Of a stretch of 64,000 bases of DNA, positions 1-11,699 are shown one piece after another. The stretch is taken from NCBI RefSeq assembly GCF_000143415.4, contig NW_003314389.1, forward strand, positions 327,842-391,841. The letters are read 5' to 3'. Position numbers and translations under genes: made by a program. The DNA is from Selaginella moellendorffii. Its lineage: Eukaryota; Plantae; Lycopodiophyta. Under the pieces are notes generated by a model. It made no database searches. It saw only the letters and a program-made list of their open reading frames with translations, and had not been told where the DNA came from. How positions within the stretch are numbered: the first letter of the stretch is position 1; each line of letters starts with the position of its first letter.

Positions 1-2542
1 CGAACCTAGTGAGTACGCACTTTAAGTTTAAATGTTATCTCACAAGCTCTGTATGCAGGAGTGTGGCCACCCCCAGATGCTGAAACGGCGTTAACAGCTA
101 CTGTTGAAGATACCCATGTTGGGCCGAGCTCACAACTTGCACAAGGTAAGGTCACGTGAGGCCTCACGCCATTTTGATTATAGATCGTTGTGAATATTCA
201 GACACGAGGACTGAAAAGCGCACTGGTGGCGCATCGAAGAAGGACAAACAGACAAGCAATAGGAAAAAAGGAGGTACAAATTATATTTGCAATGGCGTGT
301 GGTCTCATGCCATTCCTTGCAGGAGACACTTCTTCAAAGGCAAAACAAGCAAGCACCAGCCAAGTACAACGGACGAGAGGTACCAATCATTTTTGTTATA
401 CGTGAATTCTCATGCCATTGCTTCTTGCAGCTCAAATTCCAAAGAGACTAAGGCAAGCAGCGCAGACCTCACGACAAGAACCTGAAGGTTTGATGGCGTG
501 TGGCCCCACTCAATTAACTAATGTTCTTGCAGATCGCGTCGAGGAAATCGAACGGAACAACGTGCCTCCAGTGGAGGAGGGGGAGGCCTCGAAGAGTGAT
601 AAGGAGAGTTCCGAAACAGGTACGATCATGACATATGGCCCTATGCACTTATCTAAGTTTGTATTTCAGGGGAACGAGTTGAACCAATGGAAAACTTTAT
701 GAAAGGTAACTAAAAAATATTATGGGATGTTGCATGTGTTGATGCAATAATATACAGTTCAAGTGCCAAGGAGATGTCGTGAACCTTGAATTAGGCTACC
801 TACAAAACAACTTTCAGACGCTGTAGACAAAGAGATGGACAACCGACCAGGGCAGAGGAGGAAGGGTAAAAGCATTTGTATGCTTATCGCGTATGTCCTC
901 ATGCTATTTCTGTAGAACGGGTGCATAAAAAACGAAAGCGAAAGGGAATTGAGGAGCAGGCACCTGAGGATGCCGAAGGCACGACAGAGCCTCCAAGGAC
1001 GGGAAGTAAAGCGTCATGGTTATTGCGTGGGTCCTCATGCCATTTCTTGCAGATCAAGCTCAAACTGACAGTGGTCATAAAAAGCGAAAGCACGTTGGAC
1101 AGTCGTCGGGATCAGAGGCGTTTGATTCGAAAAGGAAGAAGGGCAATGAAAAGATGATAGGTAATGCCTCACGGTTATGGCGTGTGTGCTCATGCCATTC
1201 ATTGCAGATCAAGGGCTGAGTGAAAGCAGCCAGTCACCACCTCCTGACTCAGATTCCTATGGTGGACTCCCCTTCCCCAATCTCAATGGAGAGGTACAAT
1301 GGATGAGGGATGCTTTTCAAGTCAGGGCCACGTTTTTCTCATCTCGTCGTCTTCGAAGGGTGCAAGAACGTGCAGAAACCATGTTAAGACAGTCGGGTGA
1401 GGATACGGTCCTAGGTCACGCACTAAAACAGGCTATGGATGTCTTGTATTTTGAGATGGAGATTGGGCCAGATGATTTTCCCAAGATGGTCCTGGAAGAA
1501 CAAGCCATCCAGCCTGAGCAGCCTATGGAAGAAATGTAGGAGGGGGATGAGGAGCCAGAGAAAGATAATGAGCAGGAAGAGCAGAAGGACGAAGAGGAGG
1601 ACAAAGAAGAGGAGGACGAAGAAGAGGAAGATGAAGAAGAGGAGGACGAAGAGGACTTGGATGGTCCTCACAATGGTGACGATCACAATAACGACGATGA
1701 CGATGATGACGACGATGGCCAGCCTGAGGTGGCCAAAGAGCAGCGGAGGAAGGTCATACAAGACAAACCATCAGGTAAATAATAGTACATCCATTCCTAA
1801 CCTTTTACCATTTCTAACATTGTCCATGTAGGTCGCAGAGCAAATGGTAAGTAGAGATTATTCAGTTGAATTAAGATACAAACTCTAGCCTTTAGTGTCG
1901 AGGAAGGATAGTGCCAAGCAAGGGTCGAAACGTATGTCCAATCCTTCAGAATCAGCAGTGCGCCCAAGTGATATTGGTCCTAGTTCCTCAATAGCAGTTG
2001 ATGGTAAATACAGTATAGTCGATTCAATGTGCTAATGAGTTTGTTTTTAGTAGCACGGGAGGATACCATCTCAATCGAAGGGAGATATTTGGACATGCAT
2101 ATGGATCCGCCAGTGGACTCTACTTGCCTGTAAGAGTCATCAGAACTGGTGGAGGCTACTATCCATATCAACGCCAAGCAAGCTGACCACGCTCCACTTG
2201 ATGCTGCCCATACCACTGAGTCAATCTTGTCCACGTATCCAACTGACGGTGACCAGGCGCCATTGGACCCGCATGAGGCCGCCCCAGCCGTCGAGCCGGT
2301 CGTATCCTCATTTCCAACGGACTCAACGTGTGCCCAATCGTCTGACTATGCGCCGTTGGAACCTCCCTACACCGCCCTTGCTGCCTGTTCGGTCATGTCC
2401 ACTTTGCCAACGGAGGCACCAACTGAAATGGCGTGTGATCACACGCCATCAGAACCACCCCATGCCACTATTGAGCCAGTTGTACCAGAGTCTACAGCTG
2501 AAATGGCATGTGCCCACACGCCATCGGATGCGATTGACCCCA
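1..2542 (+). pseudogene. Upstream partial duplicate (copy 1) of the multi-exon gene: phase-1 mini-exons, acidic tract, Pro/Thr-rich repeats
   Basis: Near-identical to 3790-5603 (offset 3789, then about 3095 after a deletion in copy 2). About 13 GT-AG introns of about 45-57 nt. Premature stops: TAG at 1537-1539 (CAG in copy 2), TAA at about 2130 (CAA in copy 2), TGA at about 787. Confidence 0.8.
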
Positions 2543-5500
2543 ACCTTTACAGCTCCACTAGCACCATCTTCAGCACCACCATCGACAATGGGGAGTTGCT
2601 AAACTCAATGGGTGTGGAGGACGGCCGGAAGCCCAATGATTTGAAGCTCAACGCCTTGCGTTTCTCGCGGTCTCTAGACGACGACGACCTTCTGACAGTG
2701 GCTAATGCTCTTCTACGTGGTGAGGTAGTCTTCAACAAGACCAAAATGACTCCCGGCCATATTATGACATACGAGGACTTGTGCACGACTCTGAGAGCTC
2801 GTGCACTATTGAAGGATTGGATCTTCGAGCAAGTGGCCGTGGAGAGGGTGAGGATCGACACCACGCAAGAGATGATGGAAGAGCTGGAGTTGTCAAATGA
2901 AGACATCGACGTACGTGAAGTACGTGAAGGGGGCCCCCAAGTTCATCGATCTACTGCGGGATGCCACGAAAAGTAAAGCTGAGAAGTTGGATCAGTATCC
3001 AAATTTCATTAAGAGGGATGTCGACCGCCGGCTTCAGAAACAGCTCAACCCCGCAGCAGAGGCCTATCGAGAACCTTACCGGGTATACTTGAATTCGGAT
3101 GAGGATCAAAGGTGGAGGAGCATCGTTTCCCGCGGAGATGAGCAGGTCAAGAACATCTTTTGTGTGATGGACTTCACAAACGAGGAGATCACTCATGCAG
3201 ACGAAGTCAGCTCCATCATTGACTTAATGGTGGGACTTGTAGAGGTGGAATCTTCAGTCCACTATATGATCTATGACTCCGAATCCTATCACAAGTTCTG
3301 GAAGGCCTTGAACGAGGTGAAGGCTCGGTTGAAAGGCAAGGAGATGCGGGAGATCCATGGGATAATGGCTAAGAAGAAGATACCGACGAATGTCCGCATC
3401 TTCACACTCGCCCTTGTTATTGGTCCTGCAGCAGAGTGGGACTGGAGTGACTTCCCAGCTTCGTTCGACAAGGCCAATCGAATTGATCTGAGGGAGGTCA
3501 ATTTACCCGTGCCTGAGGAACTGAAGACGGCTATGGAGCTTTCGAATCCAAAGAAAGCTCCAGGTGCAGCATGGGAAATGCTCAGCTGGGTCTTCAACGC
3601 AATAGCGGGTGGGTCACCTGCTTCCGACTCCAAGGGCAAATGCGTTGTCGAGTACAACTGCGGCGGACTATTCTTTCGAGCCGCACTACTCAAGGGTGTC
3701 CCGTGTGTTGCGGTGACAAACTCCATTGAAGAGATGACTTCAATGGAGCATATAATTACAGTTGCCAAAGAAAAACAGTATCTTCTCTGCGAACTTGGTG
3801 AGTACACACTTTAAGTTTAAATGTTATCTCACAAGCTCTGTATGCAGGAGCGTGGCCACCCCCAGATGCTGAAACGGCGTTAACAGCTACTGTTGAAGAT
3901 ACCCATGTTGGGCCGAGCTCACAACCTGCACAAGGTAAGGTCACGTGAGGCCTCACGCCATTTTGATTATAGATCGTTGTGAATATTCAGACACGAGGAC
4001 TGAAAAGTGCACTGGTGGCGCATCGAAGAAGGACAAACAGAAAAGCAATAGGAAAAAAGGAGGTACAAATTATATTTGCAATGGCGTGTGGTCTCATGCC
4101 ATTCCTTGCAGGAGAAACTTCTTCAAAGGCAAAACAGGCAAGCACCAGCCAAGCTCAAACTGACAGTGGTCATAAAAAGCGAAAGCACGTTGGACAGTCG
4201 TCGAGATCAGAGGCGTTTGATTCGAAAAGGAAGAAGGGCAACGAAAAGATGATAGGTAATGCCTCGCGGTTATGGCGTGTGTGCTCATGCCATTCATTGC
4301 AGATCAAGGGCTGAGTGAAAGCAAGCAGTCACCACCTCATGACTCAGATTCCTATGGCAGACTCCCCTTCCCCAATCTCAATGGAGAGGTACAATGGATG
4401 AGGGAAGCTTTTCAAGTCAGGGCCACGTTTTTCTCATCTCGTCGTCTTCGAAGGGTGCAAGAACGTGCAGAAACCATGTTAAGACAGTCGGGTGAGGATA
4501 CGGTCCTAGGTCACGCACTAAAACAGGCTATGGATGTCTTGTATTTTGAGATGGAGACTCGGCCAGATGATTTTCCCAAGATGGTCCTGGAAGAACAAGC
4601 CATCCAGCCTGAGCAGCCTATGGAAGAAATGCAGGAGGGGGATGAGGAGCCAGAGAAAGATAATGAGCAAGAAGAGCAGAAGGACGAAGAGGAGGACAAA
4701 GAAGAGGAGGACGAAGAGGACTTGGATGGTCCTCACAATGGTGACGATCACAATAACGACGACGACGATGATGACAACGATGGCCAGCCTGAGGTGGCCA
4801 AAGAGCAGCGGAGGAAGGTCATACAAGACAAACCATCAGGTAAATAATAATACATCCATTCCTAACCTTTTACCATTTCTAACATTGTCCATGTAGGTCG
4901 CAGAGCAAATGGTAAGTAGAGATTATTCAGTTGAATTTACAAACTCTAGCCTTTAGTGTCGAGGAAGGATAGTGCCAAGCAAGGGTCGAAACGTATGTCC
5001 AATCCTTCAGAATCAGCAGTGCGCCCAAGTGATATCGGTCCTAGTTCCTCAATAGCAGTTGATGGTAAATACAGTATAGTCGATTCAATGTGCTAATGAG
5101 TTTGTTTTTAGTAGCACGGGAGGATACCATCTCAATCGAAGGGAGATATTTGGACATGCATATGGATCCGCCAGTGGACTCTACTTGGCTGCAAGAGTCA
5201 TCAGAGCTGGTGGAGGCTACTATCCATATCAACGCCAAACAAGCTGACCACACTCCACTTGATGCTGCCTATACCACTGAGTCAATCTTGTCCACGTATC
5301 CAACTGACAGTGACCAGGTGCCATTGGACCCACATGAGGCCGCCCCAGCCGCCGAGCCGGTCGTATCCTCATTTCCAACGGACTCAATGTGTGCCCAATC
5401 GTCTGACTACGCGCCGTTGGAACCTCCCTACACCGCCCCTACTGCCTGTTCGGTCATGTCCACTTTGCCAACGGAGGCACCAGCTGAAATGGCGTGTGAT

Positions 5501-5603
5501 CACACGCCATCGGAACCACCCCATGCCACTGTTGAGCCAGTTGTACCAGAGTCTACAGCTGAAATGGCATGTGCCCACACGCCATCGGATGCGATTGACC
5601 CCA
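1..5603 (+). repeat. Direct tandem duplication of a gene segment; junction at 2542/2543
   Basis: 1-2542 matches 3790-5603. The copies diverge right after GATTGACCCCA (2542 / 5603). Copy 2 lacks 365-1058 (694 bp, CAAG microhomology). Confidence 0.92.
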
Positions 5604-6606
5604 CATTGCAGAGGAGAGTATTTCCGCCCTTCACGTTTCCTCGACCAAAACCCTCTCAACGACCATCGGGAGCAACATTCGCTAATATTGTAGATGGTAA
5701 AATTGACTTGTACCATTTTTTATGCTGACGCATTTCATTTCAGAGTCACGGTGAAGGTACTGTATCGTTTTTGATCTAAACGGTGTCCTTTTCTCCCATG
5801 AGCGTGGCTCGTCCTCGAATGTCATTGCACCCTCCAAAGCCTGCGGTCGCAAGTTGGTCAAAAGAGACAGATTCACATTAATCACACGGGAGAAACTGCG
5901 GGATCTAATAATGACCATGCGACACTTAAAACAGAGGGCCGGGTTCAATTTGCAATTGGGAGTTTGGACATCCATGATGCGCCACAATGCATTAACGTTG
6001 CTACAGATGATGCACGATCAGACGCGAGTAATATTACCATTTGACTTTCTCCTAACGCAGGAGGATTGCTTGACTATGGTCCATGTGAGGGGTAGCAAGC
6101 CCATCTTCGTCAAGCCAGAGGCTGTAGTGATGAACCGGACTGCTAGCTCAAGTGAAATCCTCATCATCGATGACTCGCCGATTAAAACTGCAGCGAACAC
6201 GCACACATATGCAGTGCACCCCATCTCTTGCAGTATGGAAACTAGGGAGAAGAAACCGTATGTTCTGGGGGACCTTGCAAAACGGCTTGGAGCGATGGTG
6301 ATAGAGAACCGGCCAGTCCAGGAGGTGGCTGCAGAAATCAACCAAATGGCAGATGGAACGGTATATCAGAAGCCATTTGATCGGACAGACACCAGTCATC
6401 ATTTATGGCATGTATATTGTCTAGCCAAGCACTATCCGCATCTCCATAATCTGCTCAACCGGATGGGTTCTTCGACCACTGAACATGAGCGTGGACGTAT
6501 TAGAGAAGAGATGGCATTACTATTGGGTTTAAATCCTGATAGTGTGGAGAGTGATGAAATTCCAAGATTATTGTATAGGCGTTGGAGGCAAAAAATAACA
6601 GTCTGA
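2543..6606 (+). pseudogene. Multi-exon, probably TE-borne gene: degenerate methyltransferase-like domain + acidic disordered linker + FCP1/NIF-like HAD phosphatase (5' end missing)
   Basis: ORFs 2149-2976 and 2897-3814 are joined by a frameshift at about 2910. Manual splicing from the donor at 3798 through phase-1 introns keeps one frame into ORFs 4272-4847, 5090-5728 and 5854-6606, with a single TGA at 5752-5754. Confidence 0.7.
5755..6300 (+). CDS. FCP1-homology (NIF/SCP) HAD-superfamily phosphatase-like domain
   Basis: Motif I IVFDLNGVL (DLNGVL at 5773-5790), motif II LGVWTS, F-x-K (IFVKP), motif IV ILIIDDSPIK, followed by AVHP. This matches the plant DLNG-type FCP1-homology proteins. Confidence 0.8.
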
Positions 6607-7090
6607 GATGGCATGTATTTATTTAAAAATGTAACTTATTATGGCATGGTGTTCCATGCAATTGTATTAATATTAAAAGACAATTCTTTGAGAGGATTTG
6701 CATTATACTAGAAGTGTTACAGCATGTTATTGGAAGTCTACGAAGTTGTTTTATTAATAATGGGAAAGTAAAGATTGAATGGGGACTTGGGCTCCACCTA
6801 GACTCGGAGCAACTGAGCCAATATTAAAAGGATGGAAGGAAATTGGACGACGATGACAAAGAGAAGAGAGAGGTGAAGCAGTGGCAGGGGGAGGAGAAGT
6901 GATTGAGTAGACATTTCCTTGTTTAAAATAAAATGGCATGTGCCTCAATGCAGTTGAATTTTGTTATATTTATATACTATATAAAGGTTTGGAAACCTTA
7001 TTTTACAAGTGGGATAATGACAATTCCCACTTTAACGAAATAGAGCTTCTTTAGCCTTAGCTAAGTTCCCTCGCCAAGATTCCCACTTAT

Positions 7091-7292
7091 TGTACCAACT
7101 TCTACTTGGTCCTTCTTGGTTTTAGCTATTTACTGCACGAGCAACGAAGCATTAGCCATCCATCCATGGATTCCCAAATCTCTCCCAATCCCCCTCCCCA
7201 GGTTAGACTGGATTTAAGGTTTGGCTACACTCCCGGTAGGCACAAGCAGCCAAGCACACCAAACCTCTAAATTTTTAATATCCCTTGGTACA
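7091..7292. mobile_element. Possible small solo LTR/TRIM LTR
   Basis: 8-bp terminal inverted repeat TGTACCAA...TTGGTACA with TG..CA ends. No TSD seen. Confidence 0.3.
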
Positions 7293-9079
7293 ACAAGACT
7301 TGATCATGGGACCCTCTAAATCCCAAGCCATGAATGTAACACTTGCTTCGAGACTATATGGAAAATTATTTCTGAGCATTGCAGTTACCGAACTTAGAGA
7401 AGGTCCCACATGCAAAACCATACTTGGCAAATAATGCTAAGTCTTGGTGGAGAATTATAGAGGCCAATGAAGGACCAGTGGCCACTTGGGAAATGGTGAA
7501 GGCGATGATCCGTGCGACTTACGTTCCTCTGAATGCTACTCTACTAAGGGATGAGTTGAGTAGGCTGAAACAGACCGGAACCATTCAAGAGTATGTGAAT
7601 GCGTTTATGGTAAAGAGAATACTTGTCACGGATATGGGTGATAAGGATGTGTTTCATGCCTTCATATCAAGCTTGCAAATCTGGGCTCGAGGTGAGGTGA
7701 TGCATTGGAACCTGACCAACTATAAGAAGCATTAGATGTAGCTATTAAGGTGCATTTCATTGATAACTTGCGAAAGTGGAACATAACAAGGTTGGTGTCC
7801 ATGTTTAGCAAAGGAACTAAACCAAAGGGGACATATGGCAAAGGGAAATTCAAGAAGAGTTTCTCTAAAAATGAGTCCTCAAGCTTTTGGAAAGGTAGAT
7901 TTAGTGGCCAGCCAGCGGGAGTCAAATGAAAAAGGACAAACCCACAAATAAAAAGGTCAAATTAGCTAGTAGCATGGGAAACAATATATGCTTCAACTAT
8001 GGTGAAGTATGACACTTTTCGAGAGAATGTCCCTACCCGAAGAAGGCCAAACTCAATATGGCCATTAAGTTGGGTGAAAACCAAACTGAGGCACATGATC
8101 TAGTCCCTAGCTCAAAGTTACTCATTACACAAGAAACTTTGCTAAAGAGTCATTCGTGACATCTACTAACCTTTTAAGGGAAGCTTAGAGATAGCTTTGT
8201 TAAGATCCTTATTAACACGGGTGCTTCAGATAATTTTGTGGCTGCAGACATAGTCCGGCAAGCCGGACTAATGGTGCAGCAGCTGAGTGAACCAAGGACT
8301 ATAGAGTATGGCTATGCTACTATAGGTGCAATTTTGAAGTAGCATAGCCATACAATGGTGTTCTTCTCAAAGAAGTTGGACAAAGTTTAGTGCAAGTGAC
8401 TTGCTTACAAGAAGGAATTATTTGCGGTGGTCAACATGCTCAAGGAGTGGTGACACTACCTTGAGAGGCACTTCAAAGTTTATATAGATAATGTGGGAAT
8501 AAAACACTTCTTGTCACAACCCAACCTAATAGGAAAACAAGGGTGGTGGGCCAATGCTTTGACCAAGTTTAATTGTGAAATTCTATATAAATTTGGGAAA
8601 AGCAACATTGTGGCAGATGCTCTAAGTCAAAAGGCAAGGTTGAAGTTGGCAATATTCAATGCAACAACAACCTTTTGGGATGATGTGCAGACAAGATATG
8701 AAAACGATGGTCTAGCATAAAAAGTGTTGCTAAGGAACCAAGAGGCACAAGATGCTCACTAGAGAGATGAGCTGCCAACAAAAGAGAAAATAGGTTATGT
8801 AGAATATAATGGACTCATCTATTATAAACAAACAAAGGTGTATATTCTAGAAAGGGAACTAAGGAAGGTAGTCTTAGAAGAGTGTCATGATGGACTTTTT
8901 GCAAGACACAGTGAAGTGCCCAAGACGATGGGCTTATTCAAGAGGAAGTATCACTGGCCAGACATGGCTAAAGATGTCCAAGATTATATAAAGACATGTC
9001 CAACATGTCAGCAAGTCAAAGCCATGACTAAGGCTAGTAGGGGCTTATTACAAAGCCTCCCAATTTTAGATCCTCCGTA

Positions 9080-9932
9080 GAAACAACCAGCATCCTAATG
9101 CCAAGACCAGCACACAAAACGGAGCCAAACGGAGTCTAGCACTATTTCGGCATACCGGTGGCCTAATGTGAGGACATGGGTACTCCACTAGCTAGCATGG
9201 AATGGAACTTGGGCTTAGACCCAAGCCAGATGCAAAACAAGGACAGGCACGCAAGCAGGAGCTAAACTATGCCTCAGGTTGGTCGGCCATGCCCAACCTA
9301 CCCACTATCCCTACTATATATTTGGAACCCCCCACAGCCCACCCCCCCCCCCCCCTTGAGGAACACACGTTTTGGGCTTTCACCCCAAGCCTCCCTTAGT
9401 AACAAGAGTTAGTCTCTGGGACAAACTCGAAACTTACTAAATATGGAATGTCCCTAGATTACGAATTTGGACACGGGACGAACACCATTGTGTTCAAGCC
9501 GATCTCTACATTTCGTAAATATGCCAAATGAGCAAATCTGGACACTTTCCATAAATAGCATTTGGGACCGAAATCAGACTAACACAAAAGGCATGATAGC
9601 GAGGGTGTTTGGCAGACACGATAAACTATCATCTAGCGATATTGAGGGACCAATCTCAATATTGCAGGGTTCTTGATACTAGCAAGTGCAAGCCAATGAC
9701 TGGAGTTTCTCAAACCAGGCCGAGTATGCTCAGCAAGAAACACATAGGGTTCCTACCTTATGTTTATCAGATCTAAGTACATGGTCATTAACCAGTTTCT
9801 CAACTAGCACAAGTGGGAAACTAATAATGGGTCCAGCAATACCGACCTCTTGCCATCGTGGCAGTAAGGAAAGAATATCTGAAAGGACTAGCCGACGGGT
9901 AACTTTCGATACCCGAAGTCACATTCGCGACA
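9080..9932 (-). mobile_element. Family A LTR fragment inserted in family C integrase
   Basis: Homologous to 34230-34949 and 44350-45057. Ends in AAGTCACATTCGCGACA, the LTR 5' terminus on the minus strand. Confidence 0.8.
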
Positions 9933-9947
9933 ATCACCCACAAACAG

Positions 9948-9994
9948 GTATTAGGTATTAAGTCAAGCTTGATAGCACTAACACTTCTTGATAA
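9948..9994 (+). other. 47-nt intron-like insert in integrase (copy 1; acceptor mutated to AA)
   Basis: ACAG|GTATTAGG...CACTAACACTTCTTGATAA. Same position and length as 55171-55217. Confidence 0.75.
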
Positions 9995-10439
9995 ACAGAT
10001 AAACAGAAAGAGTGAATAGGTAGCTGGAGGATTATTTGCGATGCTATACCTCCAGAGACCAGGCTAATTAGGTAAGTCATTTGGGACTTGCGGAAATGTG
10101 CTATAACAACTCACCACATTTGAGTATCAGGGTGAGTCTATGGGAAGTCATCAATGGACGAGCTATTGAAGGTCCTATGGAACTTGGCATGGAGAGTTAC
10201 CTGCAGTGGAGGCATTCACAGCGGAAAGACTCAACATTTGGAAATTAGTGACTCAGAGGGATTCCTTGGAACGGGCTCAACAAAGGCAAATTAAATATGT
10301 GAACTAAGAGCGCTAGGATGTAGAGTTCCAACTTAGGGATAAGGTGTAGCAGAACACCAAGAACCTAAGGTTACCAAGTGGAATGTCGAAAGTTGACCTA
10401 AAGGTAAAATGCATGTATTTCTAGAAATGAACTCCCAAA

Positions 10440-10570
10440 TGTAGCACATATGGTTTTTACCCTTTATCCTATGGTGATTTACCATAAGATAACCATAAAG
10501 TGGAACCTAAACCCTTCATATGCCACGTGTTCTTCATATGTTACATGTTGTTCCTTGTACCATGGGCAAA
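10440..10570 (-). mobile_element. Terminal fragment of family A' LTR
   Basis: TGTAGCAC... homologous to 33602-33720. Confidence 0.6.
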
Positions 10571-11699
10571 AGTAAACTTCCCTTGTGTTTGCTATGAGTG
10601 GCAAATAGACTGGTTCATAGCTGTTTAGTATGGCACTAGTGGATCCTTCCTAGGCATAATTACAAGTGGATCAACCAAGACTGTAGGGATTAGTCTATTG
10701 GTTTTAGTAGTCATTGCCGAGCTCTCTTATAAACTTTTCTTGGATTGGACTTAAAGCAGTGCAAATGCAAGTTTGACATTCAGTAAAAAATGAGATTGAA
10801 AAGAGTCATTAGGGATGAACAATCAAATATATAAATCATCTTCTCTTCTTGGAGAAATGATTCGCAAAGAGATGTGATTCATTGCCCGTGTTCACATTAT
10901 GCAATCAAGAGTCCCTACCTTAATGTATATTGGAAATAATGGTTTTACAAGTGGTGAGTTATGAGATGGATAGTGGTGAAGCGCTAAATCATTCTATCTA
11001 GACTCTCTATTGGAAGACTTAGGTTGCAATGCTCAATTCTTTTTCAAGGAACCTTACTATTACTCCTTGAGTAGCTTAGTGTTAGATTAGTTTTGAGTTT
11101 GGTTGGATAGAGGGTAACATGAGCTTGCTCGTATTGTGATCAAAAGTTAGTGGTGTTAGGTGTTGTAAATCTCAATCAGTGGAGTGTGGCATTTATGTTG
11201 CATTTTGTGGAATTGAGTTGACACTTAATATTCAGATAAACCTTTGAAGTAATGACATGGGCGTTGCTTATAATATTACTCAATTGATGATCAAGTCATT
11301 GTGATTTTTTATATCATATCCATGTGATAGTGAGCAATATGTTTATGAAGTTGCTTGGTTAAACGATGATCAACCCCAAAGTGGTTGAGTGAAGCTAGTC
11401 TATTTGCATGTAGTAGCATTGCAGTAGCTTTAATTGAATTCTCAATAATGGTCTATGATATGCTAAATTTAAGTTGATACCTTATTTCCTTGATGGTTTG
11501 CCCATTAAAGTGTTTGAAATGGTTATAGCATTCACTTGTTATGGCTTGTTGGTTTATTTGTTAGTACTTAAAGTAGATTGTTGGATGGAGAAGATGTGTA
11601 GTTGAGGCATTGACATCACTAGCACTCATGTTAGTGAAAGTGGTATTGTAGTTTGAGTGATGAGGAATTTTCTTTAGAGCTTGATTTTCTATATTGTTT

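Larger units (their letters stand above)
7330..10432 (+). mobile_element. Ty3/gypsy family C, decayed copy 1 (gag, zinc knuckle, protease, RNase H, integrase; RT deleted)
   Basis: Gag AKSWWR...LKQTGTIQEYVNAF; RNase H/linker GKSNIVADALS; integrase HHCC ECHD..HSE..TCPTCQ. Colinear with 42200-44113 and 54302-55660. Interrupted by a family A LTR fragment. Confidence 0.88.

Noticed and set aside
3289-3807. Antisense ORFs over the 1-6606 gene (also 1423-1761, 4518-4826)
   Set aside because: Shadows of the sense coding sequence or the acidic repeat, with no recognisable motifs.
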